The notes: a model not told the origin generated them from the sequence alone. A stretch of 64,000 bases of DNA from Antedon mediterranea (GCF_964355755.1 NC_092680.1:12152001-12216000); one strand, 5' to 3'. Shown: positions 37,596-52,000, counted from the stretch's first letter. Program-made: numbers and translations.

Positions 37596-40571
37596 TACAT
37601 CATATATTTTTAAAAACCCTGATCTAATCCAGTTACAGTTATATAACGGCTTCTTTTTAATACATATAAACTCATTACCCCATAATGATTAATTAATAAT
37701 GTCATCATAGCTTATTGGTTCCTTATTTAATCTATTATTACAAGCATTAGCTACTGCTATAGACTCAATAACTGAGAGGTAAAATGGTGGTACGGATATA
37801 TTACACGGAACTTTTGATAAATTTGAGGTTAATAATTTTGGGCCTATTTTTCCTATATAAAATGTAGGTAAATATTTCCATTTGGTATCATCGTTTTCAT
37901 ACAGTCTCCTGTACCATTTAACTTGGAAAGATATTACCTGAGATCAGAATTCTACCATTTTTAGACCACCTTGACTGTAATTGGCACACATGGTTTTTCT
38001 TTTTATTTTCTCTTTCTTAGTTTCCCAAATGAATTTAAAAATTAATTTATCCACCTCTTTTATTACTTTTTCTGGTACTAGCAAAATGCTGGAATTGTAT
38101 ATAATTTTTGAGAGCACTAATGTTTTTACAATAGTAATTCTTCCAAAAAAAAGTGAGGTGTCTTTTCTCCCATGTTTTTAGGGTATTTTCTAATGCGTCT
38201 ATTTTTTCTTTCCAGTTCTTTTGATAACAATATTCCTTATCATGTCCAACATAGATACCTAATATCCGAATTGGTGTGGATGTCCAAGAAATGTTACCAT
38301 GTGTGTCCTTGCAGTCTCTTAAACTGCCAAGCCAAAAAGCATTTGTTTTATTCTTATTTAATTTTAATCCAGAAACCTCTCCAAACTTTTCAATAATACT
38401 TATGCTGTTATCTATACTATTTATATCCTTTAGAAAAAGCACAGTGTCATCTGCTAGCTGTGCAATCTTAATATCTTTAAATATACCATTGCCTGCAGGA
38501 ACAATAATGCCTTTGACCATATCACATGCTCTTATTTTTGTAGCTAGGACTTCAGCTACTAAAATAAACAAAAAAGCAGACAAGGGACATCCTTGTCTAA
38601 TACCTTGGTGCATTGGAAAACTTTCTGATTGCCAACCATTATTTGTGAATATACAATTTGTATTGTTATACAGTGCTTTTACCCAGTTCACAAATAAAAT
38701 ACCAAAATTGAATTTATTTAAGGCTTCTATTAAAAATGATCTATTGACACTGTCAAATGCTTTTTGGAAATCTAAACTTATAAGTATACCTTCAAGCTGT
38801 TCATTTTTCATGTAAGTAATTATGTCCTCTATTAGTCTTATATTGTCCCCACCAAAGCGACCTTTTACATACCCTTTTTGGTCATTGTTTATTATATACT
38901 TTGCAACTAGATGTAATCTTGTTGTAAGAACAAAATAAGCTATTTTGTAGTCAATATTGAGTAAAGTGATAGGGCGCCAGTTATTTAAATCTTTGTGATC
39001 ACCTTTTTTGTAAATAAGGTTGATTATTCCCCTTCTTTGTGACAAAGACATTTCTTGTGTGACAAAACCATAATTTAGTGCATCACAAACAAGGTCAGAG
39101 ATAAGGTACCAGAAGAGTTGATTAAACTCAACTGTAAAACCGTCACTGCCTGGAGCTTTATTTTTTTTCATTTTCTTTATTGCTTGCTCACATTCGAAGA
39201 GAGAGAGAGACCCTCACACATCTTTTGTTCTGCCTCTGTGAGTTTGGTTAAATTAACATGAGATAGGTACTTATCAATTGATTTGTAAGGAACATCTTGT
39301 TTTGCATATATTTTTTTGAAGAAATTAACCTCTTCCTTTAATATCTCTGTGGAATTTGATATAATGGATCCGTCCTGTTTTTTAAATTTTTTTATATGTT
39401 TTTTATTACTATTATTTTTCTCTAAACCAAGAAAATATCTAGTGTTTCGTTCGCCATCTTCTATCCACTTTACTCTTGACCTAATTTGAGCACCTTTAGC
39501 TTCCAATAGGTAAATTTGCTCAAGTTCATTCTTTTTTTGATCTAATTCTGTTTCATACTGGATATTATTATCAGTATTATCCTTTTTCATAATTAAATAA
39601 TTAATGATAACCATTTCCTTTTGAAGTATTTCTTTTCTTTTGCATTTATTTTTATTTTTCATTTTCCCATATTTTATGGAGAATTCCTTTATTTTTACTT
39701 TAATCATTTCCCATTTATCCTTTGGGTTAAGTTCTTCTAATCTAGCTCTTCCAATTATGTTTTTGATGTTGTTTATATAATCTTCATTATCTAAGTGAGA
39801 ATTGTTCATTTTCCATAATCCTGGGCCTCTTTCTTCATTAGTTAAACTTATTTTTAAGGATATGGCTTGTCGATCAGACATGATTGACGGCCTGATATCA
39901 CATGTGTTAACATATTCACATAAGTCGTTAGATATAAAAAAATAGTCCAACCTTCTGTACGTTTGGGTGGATTTCCTTCGCCATGTGAATTGACATGTAT
40001 CCGGGTTATTTTTTCTCCAGATGTCATTAAGATTTAGATTTTTCATAAAATGTTTTATTGTAAAAACAGAATTATCTACTCTATCGACACTACCTTTTTG
40101 GTCACATTTTCTGTCTAGAGCACAATTCATGTCACCACCTATAATTATTTTATCATTTTTGCTTTCTTTGAAGTCAATAATTGTTTTATTTAAAGTCCTA
40201 AAGTAAGAACATCGATCTTTTACATAATTTGGGACATATGAATTAACAAGAATGAAATAGTTGTCATGTATTTCAACTCTTAGAAGTAAAAATCTACCAT
40301 TAATATCTTTGTATTGTTTTGTTACCCTGTGTTGAATTTTACTAGCAATAAATGTGGATGTTCCTCTACTGTGTGATGAGCCAAAGCAGTGGTAGGAATC
40401 ACCTTGCCATATATCATTCAGTGACTGGGTTTTATCATTTGTCAAATGTGATTCTTGAATGAAGATGATATCTGCTTTGTTGTCTTCGACCCATTTAAAA
40501 ATACTAATTTTTTTTTGTTTTTCTCTAAATCCTCTAACATTTAATGATAAAGGGTGTATGTTTGGTGTCAT
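37596..40571 (-). pseudogene. LINE ORF2: APE endonuclease and reverse transcriptase, several frameshifts
   Basis: SLNVRG, IFIQESH, GGDMN, RLDYFF, SDR; KAPGSDG, NWRPITLLNIDYKI, LDFQKAFDSV, GIRQGCPLS, QLADDT. Confidence 0.93.
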
Positions 40572-40691
40572 ATGATTATTAAATATAAAAACATTTTATA
40601 AACCTTATAATTTATCTTAAATAAAAAAACTAAATTGTAATAATAAACATTTGAAGTCATATTGCACAGTATGATACAGTAGTTCTGCAAC

Positions 40692-41928
40692 TTACTTCCT
40701 TGTAACCCTTTTCCTTAGGTTGATTTTTTTTTTGGTTTTCTGTGGTGGATTTTCTGGTGATGTTTCCTTTAAATCTTTTTCAGTTCTACTTTCATCAGTG
40801 GTAGCCCCTTTCCTTTCATTGTTACTTTTTGAGTTTTGAGTGGAAGAAACAAAAAAATCTGTTACCTTCTTCTGTTCTTTGCTTTCACTTGATTCACTAA
40901 TGGTCGTTTCCTCACTGTCCAAAATTATTATATCTTTGTCTTTTACATGTTCTTGTTCTTCATCAGATTCACTTCCGCTGCTGTCATCTGCAGTATCTTG
41001 TGAGCTGAACACTTCATCAATATCTACTTCTGTGTCTGAATTTGGGTTTGCATTATCATGTGATTTATCTTTATCTGTTATCTTTAAGTCTTTATCTGTA
41101 ATTTGTTTTGGTATTGGAGTGTGCACAAATGATTCCCACATACGGTTAATATATGCCCCTGTTGATCCCATTGAGTTGGCTGATATTTGCTGTTGGCCTA
41201 TTTCATTGTTGCAAGTGCTCATAGTATGACCTTCTTGGTGACATTTAAAGCATACTCTATTAGCCTTACATTGATAAGCTTCGTGTCCATTTTACAAGCA
41301 TTTGTTACATTTGATCTCTTGTCCTTCGTGAAACACACGAGCTTTGAAAACCATTTAGAACAATTTGTCTAGGTATGGGGGATGACATTTTTTCAACAAA
41401 GACAGCCCTATCAACATTAAGCCAACTTGTCAGTTGTCCGTTGACTCTGATTTTTTGCCTTATTATATCACTTACTGGTTTGCAACCCAATGCTTTTAAC
41501 CGGTTTGCTATCTCGGAGTCCGCTACAGACAACGGAATATCTTTAATGAGGATTCTCGTACTGTCCGTTTTGTTATATGCAAGATATGGATTAATGTCGA
41601 ACACTGTGACATTACAATTTCTTATGTTAATACCGTTCGTTATTAGTTGCACTCTGTCTTTCCTATCATTGACATAGATTCTCCAGAGATTCCGGATTTT
41701 CTGAACACCTACGATGTGATCGGCGGGTATAATTTTTGTTAATGTAATGCATAGATCTTCATCTCTAAAGAACGATTTATCGGCTGGAATTTGGTCTGCT
41801 TTTAAAAACACCGGCTTTACACCTCCTTGTTGTTGCGTTGTTTGCATACCGGCTTTGTTTACTCGGTTGCTCATATCACCCGCTGACGCTGTAGAAGCGG
41901 CGGGAGATTTCGGTTGATATGTAGCCAT
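40692..41928 (-). pseudogene. LINE ORF1 (Tx1-type, two CCHC zinc knuckles)
   Basis: ORF 41305-41928 frameshifts near 41350 into ARVFHEGQEIK-CNKCL*NGHEAYQC...CFKCHQEGHTMSTC, which joins ORF 40692-41222. Confidence 0.85.
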
Positions 41929-42133
41929 TAAGCTACGTTGGATTTTACACGTTAAACTTGAGTATATTATCGTAATATACCAAACGACATACGTCTTTTT
42001 TTTTCAGAATCCTTAAGTAAATCAGGATTACTTACCTAATTCTCGTTTCACAGTGAAATAATGGTGTAAAATTAACTATTTTACTCAGAGCTTAGTTTGG
42101 CCTGTAACCTTGGTTTCCTGACCAGAGCGCCCT

Positions 42134-45100
42134 CTATTCTTAGCACTTTGGTGCTTTTATGTTAACAAGTTTTTTCGGAAATCACAAAATGATCTAAAAC
42201 GTCTCCAAATGCGATTTACACTTTGGTGTTTTTATGTTAACAACTTTTTTCGAAAATAACAAAATGGTCTAAAACGTCTCCTAATGCGATTTGCAGCTAT
42301 TCTGTACACTTTGATGGTTTGTGTGAAAAAGTTTTGTCGAAATGCTCAAAATGGTCTAAAACGTTTTAAAATACCATATTAAACTATTTTGTGCATTTTG
42401 ATGTTTTTGTGTGAAAAGTTTTATCGAAATGCTAAAAATGGTCTAAAACGGTTTCTTATGTGATTCTAAGCACTTTGATGTTTTAGTGTAACCAAGTTTC
42501 ATCGAAATGCACAAAATGGTCTAAAACGTTTTCTAATGCGATTTGAAGCTATTCTGTACACTTTGATGTTAAGTTTTGTCGAAATGCTCAAAATGGTCTT
42601 TAAATACGATATTAAGCTATTTTGTGCTCTTTGATGTTTTTGTGTGAAAAGTTTTATCGAAATGCTCAAAATGGTCTAAAACGGTTTCTATTGTGATTTT
42701 AAGCTCTTTTATGTTTTTGTGTAACCAAGTTTCATCGGAATGCACAAAATGGTCTAAAACGTCTCCAAATGTGATTTGAAGCTATTCTGTACACTTTGAT
42801 ATTAAGTTTTGTCGAAATGCTCAAAATGGTCTAAAAAGTTTTTAGATACCATATTAAGCTATTTTGTGCACTTTAATGTTTTTGTGTGAAAAGTTTTATC
42901 GAAATGATCAAAATGGTCTAAAACGGTTTCTATTGTGATTTTAAGCTCTTTGATGTTTTTGTGTAACCAAGTTTTATCGAAATGCACAAAATGGTCTAAA
43001 ACGTCTCCAAATGCGATTTGAAGCTGTTTTGTACACTTTGATGTTTTCGAAAAACTTGTTAACATAAAAACATCAAAGTGATAAGAATAGCTTAAAATCG
43101 CATTTGGAGACGTTTTAGACCATTTTGTGATTTTCGAAAAAACTTGTTAACATAAAAACACCAAAGTGGTCAGAATAGCTTCAGATCGCACTTAGAGACG
43201 TTTTAGACCATTTTGTAATTTTCGAAAAAACTTGTTAACATAAAAACACAAAAGTGCTTAGAATAGCTTCAAATCGCATTTGGAGACGTTTTAGACCATT
43301 TTGTGCATTCCGATGAAACTTGGTTACACAAAAACATCAAAGTGCTTAAAATCAAATTAGAAACCGTTTTAGACCATTTTGAGCATTTCGATAAAAATTT
43401 TCACACAAAAGCATCAAAGAGTACAAAATAGCTTAATATCGTATTTAAAAACGTTTTAGACCATTTTGAGCATTTCGAGAAAAACTTTTTCACACAAAAC
43501 TTCAAAGTGTACAGAATAGCTTCAAATCGCATTTGGAGACGTTTTAGACCATTTTGTGGTTTTCGAAAAAACTTGTTAATAGCTTAATACAAAGTACTTA
43601 GAATAGCTTCAAATCGTGTTTGGAGACGTTTTAGACCATTTTGTGCATTTTGATGAAACTTGGTTACACAAAAACATCAAAGTGCTTAAAATCACATTAG
43701 AAACCGTTTTAGACCATTTTGAGCATTTCGTTAAAACTTTTCACACAAAAACATCAAAGAGAACAAAATAGCTTAATATCGTATTTAAAAACGTTTTAGA
43801 CCATTTTGAGCATTTCGACAAAACTTTTTCACACAAAACATCAAAGTGTACAGAATAGCTTCAAATCGCATTTGGAGACGTCTTAGACCATTTTGTGATT
43901 TTCGAACAAACTTGTTAACATAAAAACACCAAAGTGCTAAGAATAGCTTCAAATCGCATTTTTATACGTTGTAGACCATTTTGTGATTTTCGAAAAAAAC
44001 TTGTTAACATAAAAACACCAAAGTGCTAAGAATAGCTTCAAATCGCATTTGGAGACGTTTTAGACCATTTTGTGATTTTCGAAAAAACTTTTTAACATAA
44101 AAACATCAAAGTGCACAAAAAAGTTGAATATGGTATTTGAAAATGTTTTAGACCATTTTAAGCATTTCGACAAAACTTTTTCACACAAAACATTAAAGTG
44201 TACAGAATAGCTTCAAATCGCATTTGGAGACGTTTTAGACCATTTTGTGGTTTTCGAAAAAACTTGTTAACATAAAAACACAAAGTACTTAGAATAGCTT
44301 CAAATCGTATTTGGAGACGTTTTAGACCATTTTGTGCTTTTTGATGAAACTTGGTTACACAAAAACATCAAAGTGCTTAAAATCACATTAGAAACCGTTT
44401 TAGACCATTTTGAGCATTTCGTTAAAACTTTTCACACAAAAACATCAAAGAGAACAAAATAGCTTAATATCGTATTTAAAAACGTTTTAGACCATTTTGA
44501 GCATTTCGACAAAACTTTTTCACACAAAACATCAAAGTGTACAGAATAGTTTCAAATCGCATTTGGAGACGTCTTAGACCATTTTGTGATTTTCGAACAA
44601 ACTTGTTAACATAAGAACACCAAAGTGCTAAGAATAGCTTCAAATCGCATTTTTACACGTTTTAGACCATTTTGTGATTTTCGAAAAAAACTTGTTAACA
44701 TAAAAACACCAAAGTGCTAAGAATAGCTTCAAATCGCATTTGGAGACGTTTTAGACCATTTTGTGATTTTCGAAAAAACTTTTTAACATAAAAACATCAA
44801 AGTGCACAAAATAGCTGAATATGGTATTTGAAAATGTTTTAGACCATTTTAAGCATTTCGACAAAACTTTTTCACACAAAACATTAAAGTGTACAGAATA
44901 GCTTCAAATCGCATTTGGAGACGTTTTAGACCATTTTGTGCATTTCGAAAAAACTTGTTAACATTAAAACACCAAAGTTCTTAGAAAAGCTTCAAATCGC
45001 ATTTGGAGACGTTTTTGACCATTTTGTGCATTTCGATGAAACTTGGTTACACAAAAACATCAAAGTTCTTAAAATCACATTAAAAACCGTTTAAGACCAT

Positions 45101-45329
45101 TTTGAGCATTTCGATAAAACTTTTCACACAAAAACATCAAAGTGAACAAAATAGATTGATATGGTATTTAAAAACGTTTTAGACCATTTTGAAGATTTCG
45201 ACAGCATTTTTTCACACAAAACATCGAAGTGTACAGAATAGCTTCAAATCGCATTTGGAGACCTCTTAGACCATTTTGTGATTTTCGAAAAAACTTGTTA
45301 ACATAAAAACACCAAAGTGCTAAGAATAG
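42134..45329. repeat. Satellite B, orientation switch at ~43045
   Basis: Same monomers; four variants recur as an ~340-bp higher-order unit. Confidence 0.95.
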
Positions 45330-46167
45330 TTACAGTGTTAACATCATCTTATAGAGCCATAGTCAAAAATAAAAAAGGTATGTATGTGCATAAATGGCAA
45401 TATTATAGCATAATTTTAGAATTTTAAAAAGTGGAAATTTTGGCAATTTTTCGAAAAAATTCCTATGGTTCCTAGCAGGAAAAATTTTCGCAAAAATGGC
45501 CAAATTTCAACCCTTTTATTTTTTGACATAACTAGTTACTATGGCTCTATAAGATGATGTTAACACAATATATGTGCATAAATGGCAATATTATAGTCTA
45601 TTTATTGAATTTTAAAAAGTGGGAATTTTGACCATTTTTCGACCCTTTTATTTTTTTGACATAACTAGCTGCTATGTCTCTATAAGATGATGTTAACACA
45701 AATTTGCATAAATGCCAATATTATAGCATAATTATTGAATTTTAAAAAGTAGAAACTTTGGCCATTTTTCGAAAAAATTTCTATTCGAAAAATGTTCGAA
45801 AAATGGCCAAATTTCGACCTTTTATTTTTTGACATAACTAGTTACTATGGCTCTATAAGTTGATGTTAACACAATATATTTGCATAAATGGCAATATTAT
45901 AGCATAATTATAGAATTTTAAAAATTGGAAATTTTGGCCCTTTTTCAAAAAAAGATCCTATGGTCCCCCACAAGGAAATTTTTTCGAAAAATGGCCAAAT
46001 TTCGACCCTTTTATTTCTTGACATAACTAGTTTCTATGGCTCTATAAGATGATGTTAACACAATCAATGCGCATAAATGGCAATATTATAGCCTAATTAT
46101 AGAATTTTGAAAATTGGAAATTTTTTGCCATTTTTCGAAAAAATTCCTATGGTCCCCCGCAGGGAAA

Positions 46168-46390
46168 TTTTTTATTTTTTTTTTTTTTTTAACCATATTT
46201 AATGAGGGTGATCAATCCAGCTATTGCTGATCATTAGGGACCCTCAGGGGTTCACAAGACAAACATATACACAAGATGCTCTACATAAACAAAGTCTTAT
46301 TACAAGTCTTTGGGAGTGGAGTAATTTGGTCCTTAGAAAAAATCCTGACATGTGACGGGACTTGAACCCAAGACCCTTAGAGTGGTAGGT
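46168..46390 (-). mobile_element. 5'-truncated tRNA-derived SINE
   Basis: Minus-strand B box GGTTCAAGTCC near 46360-46370 and an A-tail (T-run 46168-46190 on +). No A box or TSD identified. Confidence 0.6.
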
Positions 46391-46545
46391 AGGGTCTGTC
46401 TGTCGGTCCGGTATCACTTTGCGTTTTATCGCTTTTCTGTACTTTTGAACTGTTTTGATGTACAGAAAAGTTTTAAAGTACATTACTTTTTGAAAGTTCA
46501 TTTATTTCTGAGAGCACGCAACTTATGGTGGTTGGCCTTGTTTTT
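46391..46545 (+). mobile_element. Possible Helentron/DINE-like short element fragment
   Basis: GTCT/GTCG micro-repeat followed by a unique segment ending GGCCTTGTT before a T-run. Pattern resemblance only. Confidence 0.3.
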
Positions 46546-47149
46546 TGACATAACGAGTTACTATGGCTGTATAAGATGATGTTAACACAATATATGTGCA
46601 TAAATGGCAATATTATAGCCTAATTATAGAATTTAAATAGGTGGAAATTTTGGTCGTTTTCGAAAAAAATTGTATGGTCCCCCGCAGGGAAATTGTCGCA
46701 AAAATGGCGAAATTTCAAACCTTTTATTTTTTGACATAACTAGTTACTATGGCTCTATAAGTTGATGTTTACACAACATATGTGCATAAATGGCAATATT
46801 ATAGTCTAATTTTTGAATTTTAAATGGTGGAAATTTTGGTCATTTTGCGAAAAAAATTCCTGTGGTCCCCCGCAGGAAAATTTTGGAAAAAAGCCAAATT
46901 TCGACCCTTTTATTTTTTGACATAACTACTTACTCTGGCTGTATAAGATGATGTTAGCACAATATATTTGCATAAATGGCAATATTGTAGCATAATTTTC
47001 GAATTTTAAAAAGTGTACATTTTCGCCATTTTTCGAAAAAAAAATCTTATGGTCCCCAGTAGGAAAATTTTTTCGAAAAATGGCCAAATTCGACCGATTT
47101 ATTTTTTGACATAATTAGTTACTATGGCTCTATAAGATGATGTTAGCAC

Positions 47150-47636
47150 AATATATGTGCATAAATGCATATATTATAGCCTAATTATTGAATTTTAAAA
47201 GGTGGACATTTTGGTTGTTTTTCGAAAAAATTCCTGTTGTCCCCCGCAGGGAAATTTTCGGAAAATGACCAAATTTCGATCCTTTTATTTTTTGACATAA
47301 CTAGTTACTATGGCTCTATAAGATGATGTTAGCACAGTAAATTTGCATAAATGGCAATATTATAGCATAAATGGTTACTATATCATAATAAACATGCGCA
47401 ATGTCGAATAATGCGTTCTGCGCATGTCAATTGTTATTTATTATGCTATAGTAAGCATTTATGTAAAAAATAAAAAAGTTCAAAATTGGGCATTTTTTGA
47501 AAAAAAATCTCTGTACTATTACAGGGATTTTTTTTCGCAAAATGGCTAATTTTCGTCCCTTTCACTTTTTACATTAATGCGTACTATAGCATAATACACA
47601 TGCACAGAGTCGAATAATGGTTTCTGTGCATACTAT
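47150..47636. repeat. Left arm of a long inverted repeat (partner 55375-55858)
   Basis: 47371-47636 matches the reverse complement of 55375-55638 closely, and the match extends into satellite C monomers. Confidence 0.88.
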
Positions 47637-49055
47637 AGTACAGGGATTTTTTCGAAGAATGGGCAATTTTCGACCCCTTTATTTGTAGACATAAATGATT
47701 ACTATTGCATAATAAACATGCGCAGAGTGGAATAATGGTTCTGCGCATGTTAATTGTGCTATAGTAACCAGTTTTATCGCAAAAAAAAAATGTCGAAAAT
47801 TTGCAATTTTTCGAAAAATCCTTGCGCAAAGGGTACAGCTCAATCTTCTCACTCGAAACGGTAAAGAACGCAAAAATAAATGGACAAGAAATGGACAGAG
47901 CCATGTGGGGTCATTAAAACTGAATTGGACTGGGTCATTAGATAATGAGGAAACTAGACAATTGGCCAATGGGACCCAAGAATCTAGGAGGTTGTTTTGA
48001 ATACCGGCATACTAAAAACTGTCAATTTTAGGGGTTTATCACATGATCGATGTATTAAATGAATAAAAATATTAAATAATAGAATAATAAGACTTAAATT
48101 TTTTGTTAAAAGTTGAGAAAGTCGACATTTTTTTTATCCAATTTTCGAAAAATCCTTGTACTACAGTACATGAATTTTTTTTTTTAAAACACGGTAAATT
48201 CGACTACAATATGTATGTTGTATTAATTGTTAGTTCTTTTAATATGACGAGACGTTTTTTGTTGTGTTTTTAGGGTGTGAACAATTGTCAATCAAAATTG
48301 TATATATATGTTAAATACTATGTAACTATTTAAAAAACCCACCCTGACTTCTGATTGGCCAACCATATTCCAAGTAGTTTGATAAGTTAGCCTTTTTAAA
48401 AAATTTAGACAAAATTACCGTTAACTTTGTCTGGGGCTTTTTTTCTAGGCCACATGGTATCATAGGATATGTGTAACTGTAAGAGGAGTAACTGAAGGTT
48501 ACTGGATAATAACCTCTATAGTATGAGTTATTATCAAAATATATTATTAGAATTGGTGGAATGAATTATTTGATTCACATCAAAATGAATTGTAGTGGAA
48601 TTGCTCTTGAAATAAATATAAATTAGTTGAGAATTTACACTACTAAGGAAATAGTCTTGACAAGAATATAGAATTTAATGTACACTCAACTGCAAAAGTT
48701 TCCCCTCTGCTTTTTTTGTAAGGGCTTGGGACCTTCAAATACAAAGTGCAATGAATGATATAATGTAAATTATAATGTAATAATTAAAACTGAATGTAAT
48801 TTATAAAAATTACAAAATAATTTACAACATTAATCATTGCTCTTTGGATTTGGCAGCATTAAAAACTTTTTTTTTTATTATTATTATTAACTTTACTGCA
48901 CATTCAGAATACCATTATATATGGTGGCCCAATGGCCAAATTGCATAAAATACAAATATTTTGTAAAAAGTGAATATAAAATCACAGAACAAATAAAAAT
49001 TGAAGATATACGAAACAGTATAAAAACTATCCATGGCTACAACAATCATTTGGAA

Positions 49056-52000
49056 TCATTCTTTTTGCTGCTTTTTTTTCCTCTCTTGACGAAGGCGACG
49101 GATGGCAACCATAGCCGATTTCCATTCTTTAAAAGTCACATCAGATGTTGCAGCACAATACCAATTTCCATAGTACTGAGTGTGGTTCTTATTTAATCTT
49201 GGTTGCTTACACTTTGAGCACACAATCGCAGACGTTCTTGGTTTGTATATTTTGATCGGTTTCCCTTCCGATATGTCTTTAGCCACTCGTTTTCTGTACA
49301 AGAGGGTAGTTCTAGGAATACGAGTACTGCTAGCCTCAGGGACTGATGGTGGTGGTTTTGCTATCTCGCCAGGAACTGGGATCGACGGTCTGTTTCCTAG
49401 AGTCGCTAGGCCGGAAGTGTTTTTTGGTAGGACAAATGTGAAAGAAGGAGCGCTTGTATGAACGTTTAGCACCGCTGGCTTGGTTAAAGGTTCAAGTAGG
49501 GTTTTATCAGAGACAAGTTTGGGTATTGTTGCTGAGATGCCAGATTCCAACACTTGCCGCTCTTGCTTCTTTGACGTTCTGTTGTACCTGTTGAAAATAA
49601 ATCAAACACAGTATTTAAAAACTTTAATGTATTTACTGTAGCGTAAAATAACAATCAATAACAAGTAAAAACTCACCACTGGATGAGTGTCGTACGATTT
49701 ATCTCCATCAACTGAAGCTTAGCAAACAACATCAGGTGTCCATTCGATAGCACTTTCCGACGAATGTTCTTGTAGCCTTTGGTAATGAGCGGCCAGCGCT
49801 GGAAACGTTTACCTTCGATAGATACGGTAGATGGATACGCTTCACATAGTTTTGTAATAAGGCACTCCATATATCGATTGCAGTCCGGCCACTGAGCTGG
49901 CCCGGTGTTCTGACCTAAGAAGCATCTTTTTAAAAAAAAAACAAAGAAACAAGTTAGATTTAAGACACATCATGCAACAAAGTAAAAAACGCTGGAAACT
50001 GCCTTACCGTCAAGTGCTTTCGACACCAGGTATTACGGAAGTAGTTCTTCTTGAACCTGCCTTTCGTCAGGTAATCTTGATGCCGTGCTTTGCGCTTAAT
50101 GGTTTTGTCATAAGCATCCAGGTTGTTCCACAACTTTGCGACATGTTCAGCATGACTTTGACTTATCACTCCACTGTCTTCCTTAAACTGCATAAGGTAG
50201 TCTGCCAGGGCTTCAACTTTGGCGTAGCCTGGAATGTTGTCTGGTCCAGTGGAATCCTCAAGTTTCTAAATTGTAAAATATGAAAACAAAATATATAATC
50301 AGACTCGTGCATTGTATTTCAAAACAGAAACAAAATTTGTGAGGTAGAAGCTAATGATACAAATTTAACTGACTGTGTCAAAAAGGGCTGCTTTTCCTTC
50401 ACCATCATCATCATTATCGTCACATGAAGGCAAGGGCTCCAGCTGGGGTGGTGAGGGTTCTTTAGCATTTCGAGGTTTAAAACAACGCTTAGGTGGTTTG
50501 TAGTCTGGTTGAGTCTTGTCATCATACCCTTCATCAACATCAAAAGTGTAAATTTCTTTATCAAAGTCTTCATCATAAATGGTATCTGTTTTGACAGGAA
50601 ATTGAGTTTCGAGCACTTTGTTCGACTGGTTGTACAGGTACTCCACTCCGATGAGTTCTCCAGTGTACTTGTTTGGAATGATAAAACTTTTGTACACTTT
50701 TTTGCCAATCACTTGCTCTGACAGTATGTTGAGAGCATGCTGATGCAGTCCACTATATGTACTGGAGATGGGTCCTCCAGACTGGGTAGCAGCTAGTGCA
50801 CGGTTTGCATTCCATCGAACAAGTCCATCCATCAGGTAAGCTTGGAAATGTAAGTCGCTAGCACGCTCACCTGAGAAAAAAATAAAACATCCATAATAAT
50901 GAAATAATACAAAAATCTGTAGATCGGTTTGAAGATTTGGTAGATACCAAATAAAAAGTAATACTGTACCTGGAATAAACCTGTTAAGGTGAAGATGAAA
51001 CGATTCCAAAAAAGTGGAGCCTCTTGCGCAACGATATACTGGCAAGGTAACTCCACCCTTAAGCATCTCACTGGTTTTTGTGTAGAGCGGGATGCCTTCT
51101 GGATCCTGGATGCAGGCGATGTGTCGCTCTTGTGAGCTCCAGATATCCCAGGTCTGTTCAGAGTCTAAGAGTAGGACGCCCATTGTGTCACGGCCTTCTT
51201 TACCATCGAGGGAAGTCAGGAGCTCTCGGATTAGGTTGGCAGTCTCGCAAGTCCCTCGTGTTGTCCTGCGACAATCTGAGCATACTCCTTCTTGCTGATG
51301 TTTTTCAATATGATGTCGTCTGTTGGGTTGGAATGCTTCTTGCTTGCAATGAGCTGTTCACGCTTGGCGAGCTTCAGACGTTCAACATCGTCAGCGCTCC
51401 ACTCAAAAATGCAAGCGGAAAGACGTTTGAGAAATATCGGATACAACTGATGTGATTCTGTTGAACAAGCTGCAGCAATTCTCCTCGTGAAGTGCCAGAT
51501 GTCCAGACGAATTTTCATGTCAGGCCAGGCGCTGAACATCTTCCTTATGCTTGAATGACCGCAGCAGTCACGGTCGACGTAGAGAATCTCGGGAGGAGGT
51601 ACGCCTGCCAAAGCATATCGGTTAATGATGCCGTTTGTCATGTTGTTTAAGCCACATCCTTCTGCAGCAGTCAGGACTGTAATGAGCACCTGGCCGTACT
51701 CATTTCCGACGTTTGTTGCCCATGCTCCTGTTCCACATGCACGACCGGCTAGCTTCCTTACAATCTGCAAAAAAACCCAAACAAATTTATTAGGAAGAAA
51801 GCTTCCCCACAATCTGCAAAAAAAAAAAGAAAATCAAATAATTAAAAGTAAATTGCAGAAATAGTATTGTTTATAAATTTTTTACCCTTTTGGTCGAGTC
51901 AATCTTCAACACTCTTCCGAACGTCGATGTGATAGAAGCCTTGAGTTCGTCGATTCTTCCCATTACTTCGTTGCAGTAGATGGTAAGGAACCATTGGACA

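Larger units (their letters stand above)
32380..42133 (-). mobile_element. Full-length Tx1/L1-clade non-LTR retrotransposon, decayed
   Basis: TSD CTATTCTTAGCAC(TTT) at 32364-32379 and 42134-42149; short poly(A); ORF1 with CCHC knuckles; ORF2 APE-RT-zf; ~1.4-kb 3' UTR. Confidence 0.93.
45330..47370. repeat. Satellite C (~180-bp monomer with an internal palindrome)
   Basis: ttgacataactagttactatggctctataagatgatgttaacac recurs about every 180 bp; internal inverted repeat tttggccatttttcgaaaaa...tttttcgaaaaatggccaaa. Confidence 0.92.

Noticed and set aside
38172-41677. Plus-strand ORFs over the LINE (likewise over the Gypsy and transposase genes)
   Set aside because: They are antisense shadows of real minus-strand reading frames.
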